This document shows positions 8,479 to 17,696 of a DNA stretch of 38,786 bases, one piece after another. This DNA is from Clostridia bacterium. GTDB taxonomy: Bacteria > Bacillota > Clostridia > JBAXOJ01. Every line of letters begins with the position of its first letter. Positions within the stretch are counted from its first letter, which is position 1. Below the pieces are notes generated by a model. The model worked only from the letters and a program-made list of their open reading frames with translations, did not search any database and was not told the origin of the DNA. Both the position numbers and the translations under genes were made by a program. The stretch covers positions 1-38,786 of the forward strand of contig JBAXOJ010000002.1 in NCBI GenBank assembly GCA_037133315.1, written 5' to 3'.

Positions 8479-11400
8479 ATGGATATGAATACTGGAAATC
8501 TGAAATTAGACGGGATTTCATTAGATAAAGAAAACAAGAAGTTGGTGGTCAAATGTTCCACGGAAACATTTGTGGCGCGTAAGGAGATTGATCTTTTTGC
8601 CTTGACCGTAAAGGCAGCGCTCATTCAAAATGGGAATTCATTTCTTGAAACCTTTTCCATTGAGACAGATATTACGGTGCTGTCGACGGATAAACCAGAG
8701 GAACGGTTACAAAAATACAAAGGCGAGTTTTTTGATGAAGTGGCGATTTTATGTCCTGTTGCAAAAGGGTTTTTGGAAGAGGCGCAACTCGAAGTCAAGG
8801 ACGAGTTTGCTTATGTGACGTTGAAAAGGCGTGGCGCGTTTATGATGAACCATCTTTGCAAAGAGATCATGGAACAGCTGGCTGAGACCTTGTTCGGCAA
8901 GAAATGGCGCTTTGATTTTTCTGATGAGACGTGCGATGAATTAGAAGTTGAGAACCACAATGCCGAACTCAATCGAATCTATTGTGAGATGCAAACCAAG
9001 CGGAACGGGCAAAAAGGGGATCAGGAAATTGTCATCAATGAAAATCTTCTTGTCGGCAAAGAGATTTTTGATCTTTCCGTGCCGATGCGTAATGTGCGCG
9101 CCGATTTGGGTAGAACGACATGTGAAGGCATTGTGTTATCGATCGATGAACGCATCATTAAAAATGAAAAATATCTGGTGCTCATGGATGTGACGGACAA
9201 CACGTTTTCTTTTACTGTGAAATTATTCGTGAAGAAAAATCAATTCAAACAAATCAAGGACCTAGTAAAGAAGGGGACTTTTGTGCGCTTTCGAGGCGAC
9301 CTGATTTATGATACGTTTTCGAAAGAACAAGTCTTTATGGCAAAGGACCTTGTAATCGCTGAAAGAATTCAAAAGACGGATGTCGCAACAGAAAAGCGTG
9401 TGGAGTTGCATCTGCACACAAAAATGAGTGCCATGGACGCGGTGACAGACATTGAAAACTATGTCCTGCGGGCAGCTGCTTGGGGGCATAAAGCAATGGC
9501 AATTACGGATCATGGCGTCGTACAGGCCTATCCGGTGGCTTATGAAACGGTGAAAAAAATCAATGAAAAACGTGAGGACCCGTTCAAAGTCATCTATGGC
9601 ATTGAAGCGTATTTGATTGATGAGAATCCCATTGATAACAAAAAAAGAGATTTTCACATCATTATACTATGTACCACCGACGCGGGTATTAAAAATCTAT
9701 ACAAATTAGTGTCAGAAGCGCATATGAATTATTTTTACAAACGGCCTAGAATGCCGAGGGCGCTCATCGAGCAGCATCGAGATGGATTAATCTTGGGCAG
9801 CGCATGTGAAGCGGGAGAGATTTTCACAGCGTTTGTTGAGGGGGCTTCGCAAGAAAAAATTGAAGAAATCGCGCAGTTTTATGACTATTTGGAAATTCAA
9901 CCGACAGGAAACAATGCTTTTATGATACGCGACGGAACCTTTGAAAATGAGGCCGCAATCGAGGCGGTGAATCAAAAGATCGTTGCTTTAGGGGATCAAC
10001 TGGGCAAGCCAGTTGTAGCAACCTGTGACGTGCATTTTTTGGATCCGAACGATTCCCTTTATCGGAGCGTGCTGCAATTCAGTATGGGATTCGAGGATGC
10101 TCAACTACAAGCACCTTTGTACTTTCGAACCACGAACGAAATGTTGAAGGAATTTCAATATCTTGGTACGGAGAAGGCGTTTGAAGTGGTTGTCACAAAT
10201 ACGAATCGTGTGGCCGATTTATGCGAACTTGTAAAACCAATTCCAGATGGCTTGTTTTCACCGAAGATTGAAGGGGCCGAAGAAGACATTCGGAGGCTGT
10301 CAGAAGAAAAAGCGAAAGAACTCTACGGAGAACCACTCCCCGAGATTATTTTTCAGCGCATGGAACGAGAACTCGATTCCATCATCACACATCACTTTTC
10401 GGTCATGTACATGATTGCGCAAAAACTGGTTTTGAAGTCTTTGGAAGACGGCTATTTGGTTGGTTCTAGAGGCTCGGTAGGGTCCTCCTTTGTTGCTTTT
10501 TTAAGCGGGATTACGGAAGTCAACTCAGCACCACCGCATTACCGTTGCACTTGCAAATACAGTGAGTTCATATCGGGAGATCATATTGAGTGTGGGCTGG
10601 ATTTGCCTGAAAAAGAGTGCCCGAACTGTGGGAAGATGCTCATTCGGGATGGATTTGACATTCAGTTTGAGACCTTTTTGGGGTTCAATGGAGACAAGGA
10701 ACCCGATATTGATTTGAATTTCTCGGGGGAGTATCAGAGTATTGCACACAAATATACGGAGGAACTGTTTGGCGCAGACAAGGTGTTTCGTGCAGGCACC
10801 ATTTCGGGTCTCGCGGACAAGACCGCTGCGGCGTTTGCAAGAAAATATATTGAAGAACTTGGATTGCCGGCAAATTCCGCAGAGGTAAAACGTTTAGCCT
10901 TGGGCTGCGAGGGAATTAAGAAAACGACATCGCAACATCCTGGTGGTATTATGATTATTCCACAAGAAAACGAAGTGTACGACTTTACCCCGATTCAGCG
11001 CCCTGCAGATGCAGGAGATTCAGACAAAATCACGACACACTTCGACTATAATTTTCTACACGGGAGCATTTTGAAACTTGATATTTTGGCACATGCCGAT
11101 CCGACCGCCATTCGTATGCTGCAAACACTAACTGGGGTGGATCCGCTTGGCATCGAACTAGGAGAGAAAAGAACGATGACGTTGTTCAGTTCAACGGAAG
11201 CGTTGGGCGTTTCACCAAAAGACATTGATTCCGATGTCGGCACTTTTGCAGTACCGGAATTCGGGACTTCTTTTGTGAGGAACATGCTTGTGGATACCAG
11301 ACCAAAATATTTTTCTGAGCTCATTCGAATTTCTGGGCTGTCCCATGGTACTAATGTATGGCTTGGAAACGCGAAAGAGAACATTGAAAAGCGCGTGTGC

Positions 11401-12126
11401 AATTTGAAAGAAGCAATCTGTTGCAGAGATGATATTTTGACTTTTTTAACACACTGCGGCGTTCCACCGAAACATGCTTTTGACATAATGGAGCAGGTCC
11501 GAAAAGGGAAGGGCCTCAAAGAGGATGACGAAGCAGTGATGCGCATACATCGCATTCCGGAATGGTACATTGAATCGTGTCATAAAATTAGTTATATGTT
11601 TCCTCGAGCGCATGCAACCGCCTATGTGATTATGGCGTTCCGGATTGCCTGGTATAAGGTGTATTATCCGATTGAATTTTACGCAACTTATTTTACGGTG
11701 AGAGCCGATGAATTTGATGCATCCTTGATGTGTCATGGAAAAGAAGTAGCGAAAAAGGCGTTGGTTGAAATTAGGGCGAAGGGCAAATTGATGACGGCTA
11801 GAGAGAAAAACGTAGAGACCATTTTAGAAGTTGTCATCGAAATGAATGCGCGCGGTTTTTCCTTCCTTCCCGTTGATTTTTATCAGTCAGCAGCAAAGGA
11901 ATTTCTCATTGAAGATGGCAAGTTGAGACCGCCACTCAATGCTTTGCCTGGCCTGGGGATGGTTGCATCCGAAAACATCGTGAAGAAGAGGGCGAATCAG
12001 GTCTTTCTTTCGCAAGACGAGCTGAAGAATAAGATGGGAATTTCGAAGAGTTTAATCGAAATTTTGATTGAACATGGGTGCATCGAAGATCTACCTGAAT
12101 CGAGTCAAATGACCTTGTTTATGTAA
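8479..12126 (+). CDS. polC: DNA polymerase III alpha, PolC type, lacking the exonuclease insertion
   Basis: Carries PHP motifs VELHLHTKMSAMDAV and ITDHGVVQAYP, an OB-fold block (...FVRFRGDLIYDTF...), the Zn module HYRCTCKYSEF...CPNCGKML, and GSRGSVGSSFVAF, DIDLNFSGEYQ, HPGGIMIIP and LKLDILAH. At 1215 aa it is about 220 aa shorter than B. subtilis PolC. Confidence 0.9.
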   Translation: MDMNTGNLKLDGISLDKENKKLVVKCSTETFVARKEIDLFALTVKAALIQNGNSFLETFSIETDITVLSTDKPEERLQKYKGEFFDEVAILCPVAKGFLEEAQLEVKDEFAYVTLKRRGAFMMNHLCKEIMEQLAETLFGKKWRFDFSDETCDELEVENHNAELNRIYCEMQTKRNGQKGDQEIVINENLLVGKEIFDLSVPMRNVRADLGRTTCEGIVLSIDERIIKNEKYLVLMDVTDNTFSFTVKLFVKKNQFKQIKDLVKKGTFVRFRGDLIYDTFSKEQVFMAKDLVIAERIQKTDVATEKRVELHLHTKMSAMDAVTDIENYVLRAAAWGHKAMAITDHGVVQAYPVAYETVKKINEKREDPFKVIYGIEAYLIDENPIDNKKRDFHIIILCTTDAGIKNLYKLVSEAHMNYFYKRPRMPRALIEQHRDGLILGSACEAGEIFTAFVEGASQEKIEEIAQFYDYLEIQPTGNNAFMIRDGTFENEAAIEAVNQKIVALGDQLGKPVVATCDVHFLDPNDSLYRSVLQFSMGFEDAQLQAPLYFRTTNEMLKEFQYLGTEKAFEVVVTNTNRVADLCELVKPIPDGLFSPKIEGAEEDIRRLSEEKAKELYGEPLPEIIFQRMERELDSIITHHFSVMYMIAQKLVLKSLEDGYLVGSRGSVGSSFVAFLSGITEVNSAPPHYRCTCKYSEFISGDHIECGLDLPEKECPNCGKMLIRDGFDIQFETFLGFNGDKEPDIDLNFSGEYQSIAHKYTEELFGADKVFRAGTISGLADKTAAAFARKYIEELGLPANSAEVKRLALGCEGIKKTTSQHPGGIMIIPQENEVYDFTPIQRPADAGDSDKITTHFDYNFLHGSILKLDILAHADPTAIRMLQTLTGVDPLGIELGEKRTMTLFSSTEALGVSPKDIDSDVGTFAVPEFGTSFVRNMLVDTRPKYFSELIRISGLSHGTNVWLGNAKENIEKRVCNLKEAICCRDDILTFLTHCGVPPKHAFDIMEQVRKGKGLKEDDEAVMRIHRIPEWYIESCHKISYMFPRAHATAYVIMAFRIAWYKVYYPIEFYATYFTVRADEFDASLMCHGKEVAKKALVEIRAKGKLMTAREKNVETILEVVIEMNARGFSFLPVDFYQSAAKEFLIEDGKLRPPLNALPGLGMVASENIVKKRANQVFLSQDELKNKMGISKSLIEILIEHGCIEDLPESSQMTLFM

Positions 12127-12160
12127 TCAAATTTAAAATGGAAAATTTTGTCGAAAGTGC

Positions 12161-12189
12161 TTGTTATTTTAAAGTGAACGTGTTATATT
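12161..12189 (+). promoter_or_regulatory. Candidate promoter of the paralog cassette
   Basis: -35 TTGTTA (12161-12166), 17-nt spacer, extended -10 TGtTATATT (12181-12189). AAGGAG (12211-12216) lies 8 nt before ATG 12225. Confidence 0.4.
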
Positions 12190-12224
12190 TTGTCTAGATT
12201 TTAACAAAAAAAGGAGCAGAATTT

Positions 12225-13649
12225 ATGAAAAAGATTATTTGTAAGATTTTGGCTATTGTGCTTGGATTTTCAATTGTAGTCATTACACCTGCGCCAGTCT
12301 CGGTTAAGGCGGATACTGGAGATTTTCAGACGTTTTCTATTATTTCGGTTTCGCAAAGTGTTTTTCAGTATGGACCAGGGAAGTCAATCAGTTTTACAGT
12401 TTCAAATCCTAATTATGAAGAAAATGTTAAATTTCAAATTTTCAATTCGAAAAACAAACTTATTCGAACATTTTCGGATGACGGATATTTTATGTCAATT
12501 ATGACAGTGTCCTGGGATGGAAAGGATACAGCCAAGAAGTATGTGGCAGACGGCACCTATAAATTCAAGGCAACTGTTGGAAAATCCTACAAACTGTATT
12601 ATTTTAAAGTCAAGAAAAAACTTCTGGCTTCGGATACGAATGCAAACAAATACGGATTTTTGAAAATGTATGGAATATCCGTAAAAATACCCTCTACGTG
12701 GATTGTCAATTACTCTTACGGGTCTCAGGGGCGTCTCATTTATATTTATTCCCCTCTTTCCAATGGAAAAGAAGCGCAAATCTATTTTTCCTATAAGAAT
12801 TATAGTGCAACCGATTTTACAGATAGCTTCATCAAAGAAGAGACTTTAAAAGCATCCGATGATCGCGTACAAGGATATTATGCAGGGAAAGTCATTGGCA
12901 CGTCGACAAAGACCATTGGAGGCATCTCTAGTACCATTAAGAATTATGAATACAATTCGTATAATTTGCCAGGAAGAATGTCAATGAGTTCTTTTGAGGC
13001 TGCAGTGACAGACTCCTTCACATTGAGAAGCAAAATGATGTTTAACATCAAGCTTGCATGTAGAGTAGGGTACACGGGGTGTGCTTCCATATATAAAACG
13101 ATTATGGATTCAGTCAAATATTCCGATGTAGATCCAAGTGTTTCTCAAGAGTTTTACGGCATGGATATTCAAACAACAGGCACCGTCGTGTCTGCACCGT
13201 TCTCCCTTGTACTCCCGACAGGATTTTTCGCAATTGCTTATGAGGATGATTGGTCAGGAGAGACGTATCAGACCCTGGGCTATGGAAATCCGATTTATCA
13301 AGATTCTAGATTTCAAGCTGGATTTTATGAGTCAGATACTTCAGAGGAGTCTTTTGAAACAATGGTGAGTTCTACAAAAGACTCGCTGCGTGGGTTGCCG
13401 AATACGACCCCAAAAGTGGAAGATGTCACGATTGACGGCGTTGCTTTTAAGAAAGTCTCAGTATCCTATTTGAATGAACGTTTTCAATGGGCTGATATAC
13501 AGGAATATTATATGTTCGAAAAAAGCAATGTGGTGTATACTTTTTATGTCACCATTAATGCAGAAAAAAAACTATATGATAAAGATACGATTACCGGATT
13601 CATTGCAACCAAAGATGCTATGATTGCTTCTTTAAAAATCGCGAAATAA
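12225..13649 (+). CDS. Secreted hypothetical protein with an N-terminal FlgD-Ig-like signature (paralog 1)
   Basis: Signal peptide MKKIICKILAIVLGFSIVVITPAPVSVKA. VSWDGKDTAKKYVADGTYKFKATV resembles the FlgD Ig-like domain pattern. It has a strong RBS and is AT-rich. The remaining ~330 aa are not recognisable by eye. Confidence 0.8.
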   Translation: MKKIICKILAIVLGFSIVVITPAPVSVKADTGDFQTFSIISVSQSVFQYGPGKSISFTVSNPNYEENVKFQIFNSKNKLIRTFSDDGYFMSIMTVSWDGKDTAKKYVADGTYKFKATVGKSYKLYYFKVKKKLLASDTNANKYGFLKMYGISVKIPSTWIVNYSYGSQGRLIYIYSPLSNGKEAQIYFSYKNYSATDFTDSFIKEETLKASDDRVQGYYAGKVIGTSTKTIGGISSTIKNYEYNSYNLPGRMSMSSFEAAVTDSFTLRSKMMFNIKLACRVGYTGCASIYKTIMDSVKYSDVDPSVSQEFYGMDIQTTGTVVSAPFSLVLPTGFFAIAYEDDWSGETYQTLGYGNPIYQDSRFQAGFYESDTSEESFETMVSSTKDSLRGLPNTTPKVEDVTIDGVAFKKVSVSYLNERFQWADIQEYYMFEKSNVVYTFYVTINAEKKLYDKDTITGFIATKDAMIASLKIAK

Positions 13650-13661
13650 GGAGAGAAAACA

Positions 13662-15224
13662 ATGAAAAAAATGAAAAAAAGTATGAGCTTATTACTAGCT
13701 ATTGTATTTATTACTTCACTCATCGTGATTGCGCCTGCGACGGTTCGTGCAAATACCATTCACTATTATCCTACCATTCTATCGGTAACAAAAGACATCT
13801 TCCAATATGGGGGTACCAAGAAAGTCTCTTTTTGGACCATTGATTATTCGGATTATTACAGCCCGAAAGTAGGCGTCTATGATTCGAAAAATAAACTTGT
13901 CGTTGCCATTACAAAAATCACGAAAACCAATGAGGATATGGCTATGTACTCATGGGACGGGAAAAATGCGAAAAAGAAATATGTCAGTGACGGGACATAT
14001 AAATTTAAATACACCATCTCTGCTTATAGCAGCACAATGTCCTTTATAGTAAAGAAATCGCCGAAAAAATCAGAAATCCCAAAAACACAGTATGGGACGA
14101 TGAAAATGGATGGGTATACCATGAAAATCCCTTCTGATTGGCAAGCCGGTGCTTACATGTCTACATATCTCGCTTCGTATTACTATATCAGATCTCCAAA
14201 AGTTTCGGGGGTAGGAAAACGGGCAAGTATTTTCTTTCGCTATGTAGACTATTCGGGAACTGGAATGTCAGATTCCTTCATTCAGAAAGAAACGCTCAAA
14301 TCGCTTGATAAGAAAGCACTTGATGAATCGGGCGGGAAAATCATTGGGTTGAATTCGACAAAGATTGGGAAATTTCCTGGCGTGAAAAAGACTTATGAAT
14401 ACAAGGCTACTTCAATAAACGGATTACTCGCACCTGGAGAATCTTCCTATACGGCATCGGTCAAAAAGTTAGTGGCGGTCAAACAATCCGTAGCTTATCA
14501 AATTGATGTATGTCAGGCAAAAGGAAACACATCGATGAATGCCAAGGTTTCTAAGATTTTGACTTCGATTACGAACACGAAGACCACTTCTGGAAGCAAC
14601 TTCGGACCACTCGTGTTTGGTGGAAAAGCGGCGCAGGCTGATCTTAGATATACAATCCCGGTCGGGATGTTTGCTGAAAAATATACCTATAGTTCCTATA
14701 TGTATTTAGGCAACCCAATCAATATGGATAATCGTTGTTATGCTTCAATCTATGCGGATGATGTGGACTACGACGTCAATGTGGATGCATCGGTCAATGA
14801 TATCTTAGATAATTTGAAAGAATTCTCTGGACCACTTGTCGTTCCTGTTGTTGAAGATGTGATGTTAGATGGACTGCCAGCAGTCAAAATCAAAGTGAGT
14901 ATTATTGATGACGCATTGAAAACCATATTAATTGATGAATACTATGTATTCAGACTTTATTCAAAAATTTATGAAGTAAATTTCACGATTGATATGGAAG
15001 ATGAAGAATACAACAAAGATGATTACGATGATTTTGTCATCCTGAAAGATCAATTCTTTGCAAGCTTACAACTCGCACCAGAAGGTGCTCCAACACTTGC
15101 GCCAACGCTAGCACCTACGGCAACGCCTGTCGTGACATCTTCGCCAACGCCAGTCGTAACACCGTCGCCAACACCAGTCGCTACTCCAACACCAATCATG
15201 ACACCGTCACCGACACCGATTTAG
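13662..15224 (+). CDS. Secreted hypothetical protein with a FlgD-Ig-like signature and a Pro/Thr-rich tail (paralog 2)
   Basis: Signal peptide MKKMKKSMSLLLAIVFITSLIVIAPATVRA, and YSWDGKNAKKKYVSDGTYKFKYTI. Conserved blocks are colinear with paralog 1. GGAGAG RBS lies 12 nt after the upstream stop. It ends in a 49-aa P/T/V/A tail. Confidence 0.8.
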   Translation: MKKMKKSMSLLLAIVFITSLIVIAPATVRANTIHYYPTILSVTKDIFQYGGTKKVSFWTIDYSDYYSPKVGVYDSKNKLVVAITKITKTNEDMAMYSWDGKNAKKKYVSDGTYKFKYTISAYSSTMSFIVKKSPKKSEIPKTQYGTMKMDGYTMKIPSDWQAGAYMSTYLASYYYIRSPKVSGVGKRASIFFRYVDYSGTGMSDSFIQKETLKSLDKKALDESGGKIIGLNSTKIGKFPGVKKTYEYKATSINGLLAPGESSYTASVKKLVAVKQSVAYQIDVCQAKGNTSMNAKVSKILTSITNTKTTSGSNFGPLVFGGKAAQADLRYTIPVGMFAEKYTYSSYMYLGNPINMDNRCYASIYADDVDYDVNVDASVNDILDNLKEFSGPLVVPVVEDVMLDGLPAVKIKVSIIDDALKTILIDEYYVFRLYSKIYEVNFTIDMEDEEYNKDDYDDFVILKDQFFASLQLAPEGAPTLAPTLAPTATPVVTSSPTPVVTPSPTPVATPTPIMTPSPTPI

Positions 15225-15233
15225 TAAAAAAAG

Positions 15234-15262
15234 TTGCAATCAATGCGATAGTTTGCTATAAT
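15234..15262 (+). promoter_or_regulatory. Near-consensus sigma-A promoter of the rimP-nusA-infB operon
   Basis: -35 TTGCAA (15234-15239), 17-nt spacer, extended -10 TGcTATAAT (15254-15262). Confidence 0.65.
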
Positions 15263-15292
15263 CAATTTGAACTTTTTGTATTCGTTTTGCTG

Positions 15293-15314
15293 AAGAGTGG
15301 GAATTCCCACTCTT
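15293..15314 (+). promoter_or_regulatory. Perfect 22-nt palindrome (leader hairpin) upstream of rimP
   Basis: AAGAGTGGG-AATT-CCCACTCTT, followed by TGTGC. It lies about 25-45 nt downstream of the predicted transcription start and 30 nt before the rimP ATG. Confidence 0.5.
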
Positions 15315-15345
15315 TGTGCATGAAGGATAAAAATTGGAGGGAAAC

Positions 15346-15819
15346 ATGGCGAAAGCAAGAGTCAAAGACATCATAGAGCAACTTGCAAAACCAATCGTCG
15401 CGTCACTAGGACTTGAGCTAGTCGAGGTGGAATATGTGCGCGAAGGGAAAGAACTTTTTCTTCGTATCTATATTTACAACGAGGCGGGCGTTTCCATTGA
15501 TGACTGTGTGGCGGTGAACAAATTGATGGATGAGGAACTGGAGCGAGTGGACCCGATTGCAGAGCCGTATACATTAGAAGTGTCTTCGCCAGGACTAGAC
15601 CGACCGTTTCGCACGGCGAGAGATTTTGAGCGGTATGAGGGAGAATTGGTTGAAGTACAACTGTTTCAACCTGAGGATGGGAAGAAATTTTTTGAGGGGA
15701 CATTGATTGGTCTCAGGACACGAGAAGACACGACCGTTGTCGCAATCGATATGGAAGGCGTCTTGAGAGAGTTCCCAAAGGCAATCGTTGCAACTGTAAA
15801 ACGAAAAATCGTGTTTTGA
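15346..15819 (+). CDS. rimP: Ribosome maturation factor RimP
   Basis: ...LELVEVEYVREGKELFLRIYI...YTLEVSSPGLDRPF... is typical of RimP. GGAGGG lies before ATG 15346, and the gene directly precedes nusA. Confidence 0.9.
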   Translation: MAKARVKDIIEQLAKPIVASLGLELVEVEYVREGKELFLRIYIYNEAGVSIDDCVAVNKLMDEELERVDPIAEPYTLEVSSPGLDRPFRTARDFERYEGELVEVQLFQPEDGKKFFEGTLIGLRTREDTTVVAIDMEGVLREFPKAIVATVKRKIVF

Positions 15820-15849
15820 ATATAATTTTAAATGGAGGTAGAGTGTGAC

Positions 15850-17103
15850 ATGGGTGAAGAATTTTTAGCCGCATTAGATATGTTGGCGAAGGAGAAAGGA
15901 ATCTCGAGGGATTATCTTTTGGATTCATTAAAACAGGCGTTAGCGACATCATATAAGAAACAATATGGTCAAAATCAGGTTGTGAAAATTGAAATCAACG
16001 AGGAGACAGGCGATATTGAAGTGATGAAGGAAGTCACCATTGTAGAAGAGGTGACGGATCCGAGCACGCAGATGTCGTTGGCGGAAGCAAAAGCAAAATG
16101 GCCGGAAGCAGAAGATGGCGACACCATTGACTTTCCTAGCACCCCAAAAGGGTTTGGAAGAACAGGCATTGTCCATGTGAAAAACATGATTATTCAGAAA
16201 ATCAAAGAGGCTGAAAAAGCGAATCTTTATGAAGAGTTTAAAGTGAAAGAAAATGACATCATGACGGGCGTCATCCAGAGGGCAGAAAGAAAGTTCTATA
16301 AAGAACGCGATGGAGAAGATGCCAGTGCAAAGCAACGGACGGATATCTTCGTTGATATTGGTAAGGCGGAAGCCGTGATGGCGGAAAATGAAACCGTGCG
16401 CGGAGAACAGTATACGTTTGGAAAACGCATGAAATTCTATATCACAGAGGTCAAAAAGACTACCAAAGCAACCATCATCCGGGTTTCCCGTTCTCATCCA
16501 GGATTGGTCAGACGTTTATTTGAATTGGAAGCGCCTGAAATCAAAAATGGAATCGTAGAGATTAAAAACATTGCCAGAGAAGCGGGTTCTAGAACCAAAA
16601 TCGCAGTGTTCTCCAGAGACGAAGACGTCGATGCAATTGGTTCTTGCGTTGGAACAAGAGGCTCACGCGTCCAGAATGTCGTCAGTGAGTTAAACGGGGA
16701 GAAGATTGACATCGTAAAATGGAGCATTAGTGTAGAAGAATTTATCTCCTCGGCACTCAGCCCTTCAAAGGTCATTCGCGTGGATATCATGGACGAAGGC
16801 AAGGCAGCAAGAGTTATCGTGCCAGACCATATGCTTTCTTTGGCAATTGGCAAGGATGGACAAAATGCAAGACTGGCTGCAAAGCTCACAGGCTGGAAAA
16901 TTGACATCAAGAGTGAAGCACAATTTATCGAAGAATTGGATCGACACTTCCTACCTGATGATGATGAGATATACGATGAAGATGATTTTGAAGACGAAGA
17001 GGATGACGATCTCGACAGTGAGGCAGTTGCAGAAGAAATCGTCGCGGAAGAAGAGGTCGCGGCAGAAATGGCAGCGATAGATCCAGATGATGGCGATGAA
17101 TAA
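15850..17103 (+). CDS. nusA: Transcription termination/antitermination factor NusA with an acidic C-terminal tail
   Basis: The N-terminus EFLAALDMLAKEKGISRDYL, the S1 and KH regions (...GTRGSRVQNVVSELNGEKIDIV..., ...LAIGKDGQNARLAAKLTGWKIDI...), and a D/E-rich tail. Confidence 0.95.
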   Translation: MGEEFLAALDMLAKEKGISRDYLLDSLKQALATSYKKQYGQNQVVKIEINEETGDIEVMKEVTIVEEVTDPSTQMSLAEAKAKWPEAEDGDTIDFPSTPKGFGRTGIVHVKNMIIQKIKEAEKANLYEEFKVKENDIMTGVIQRAERKFYKERDGEDASAKQRTDIFVDIGKAEAVMAENETVRGEQYTFGKRMKFYITEVKKTTKATIIRVSRSHPGLVRRLFELEAPEIKNGIVEIKNIAREAGSRTKIAVFSRDEDVDAIGSCVGTRGSRVQNVVSELNGEKIDIVKWSISVEEFISSALSPSKVIRVDIMDEGKAARVIVPDHMLSLAIGKDGQNARLAAKLTGWKIDIKSEAQFIEELDRHFLPDDDEIYDEDDFEDEEDDDLDSEAVAEEIVAEEEVAAEMAAIDPDDGDE

Positions 17104-17365
17104 GAAGGTTCCATTAAGAATGTGCGTTGGCTGCCATGAAATGAAGCCGAAAAAAACGCTTGCACGTGTCGTGAAGAATAAAGATGCCGAAATCGCGGTG
17201 GATTTGATCGGAAAGATGCAAGGGCGTGGCGCATATGTTTGCAGAAATCATGATTGTCTCAACAAGGCAATCAAGACAAAAAAGTTGGAACGTGCGTTTG
17301 ACTGTGTGATTCCAACGGAAGTGTATGAGAAGTTGAAGATACAAATGGAGGAAATTAATGACTGA
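17096..17365 (+). CDS. ylxR: YlxR/RnpM family (DUF448) RNA-binding protein
   Basis: MNKKVPLRMCVGCHEMKPKKTLARVV... matches the YlxR N-terminus. ATG 17096 overlaps the nusA stop; in-frame ATGs at 17087 and 17090 are also possible. Confidence 0.85.
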   Translation: MNKKVPLRMCVGCHEMKPKKTLARVVKNKDAEIAVDLIGKMQGRGAYVCRNHDCLNKAIKTKKLERAFDCVIPTEVYEKLKIQMEEIND

Positions 17366-17696
17366 AGGAAAGATTTGTTCATTCATGGGAATGGCGGTAA
17401 AGGCGGGTCAAGCCGTGAGTGGCACCTTTATGAGTGATAAGGCAATCAAAACGGGCAAAGCAAGACTCGTCCTGGTTGCAAAGGATGCTTCGGAAAACAC
17501 AAAAAAGGGATTTCGGGACGCAGGGAAGTTTTATGAAGCGGTCGTCAAGGAAATTGGAACGAAAGAATTATTAGGCAAATTTAGCGGCAAGAAAGAACGG
17601 ACAGCAGTTGCAATCACAGGAGAAAGTTTTGCAAATAAATTAGTCAGTATGATTGAAGAGTTGGAACAAAATCACGGGGGTGCAGGTATTGAGTAA
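17358..17696 (+). CDS. ylxQ: L7Ae-family protein YlxQ
   Basis: ...[40 protein letters not shown]... fits the L7Ae/L30e fold pattern. It holds the conserved position between ylxR and infB and overlaps the ylxR stop. Confidence 0.85.
   Translation: MTEGKICSFMGMAVKAGQAVSGTFMSDKAIKTGKARLVLVAKDASENTKKGFRDAGKFYEAVVKEIGTKELLGKFSGKKERTAVAITGESFANKLVSMIEELEQNHGGAGIE

Noticed and set aside
16494-17234. 246-aa minus-strand ORF antisense to the nusA 3' end
   Set aside because: The serine-rich product is the mirror image of the NusA acidic (GAA/GAT-rich) tail. It overlaps nusA and ylxR and is not credible as coding.
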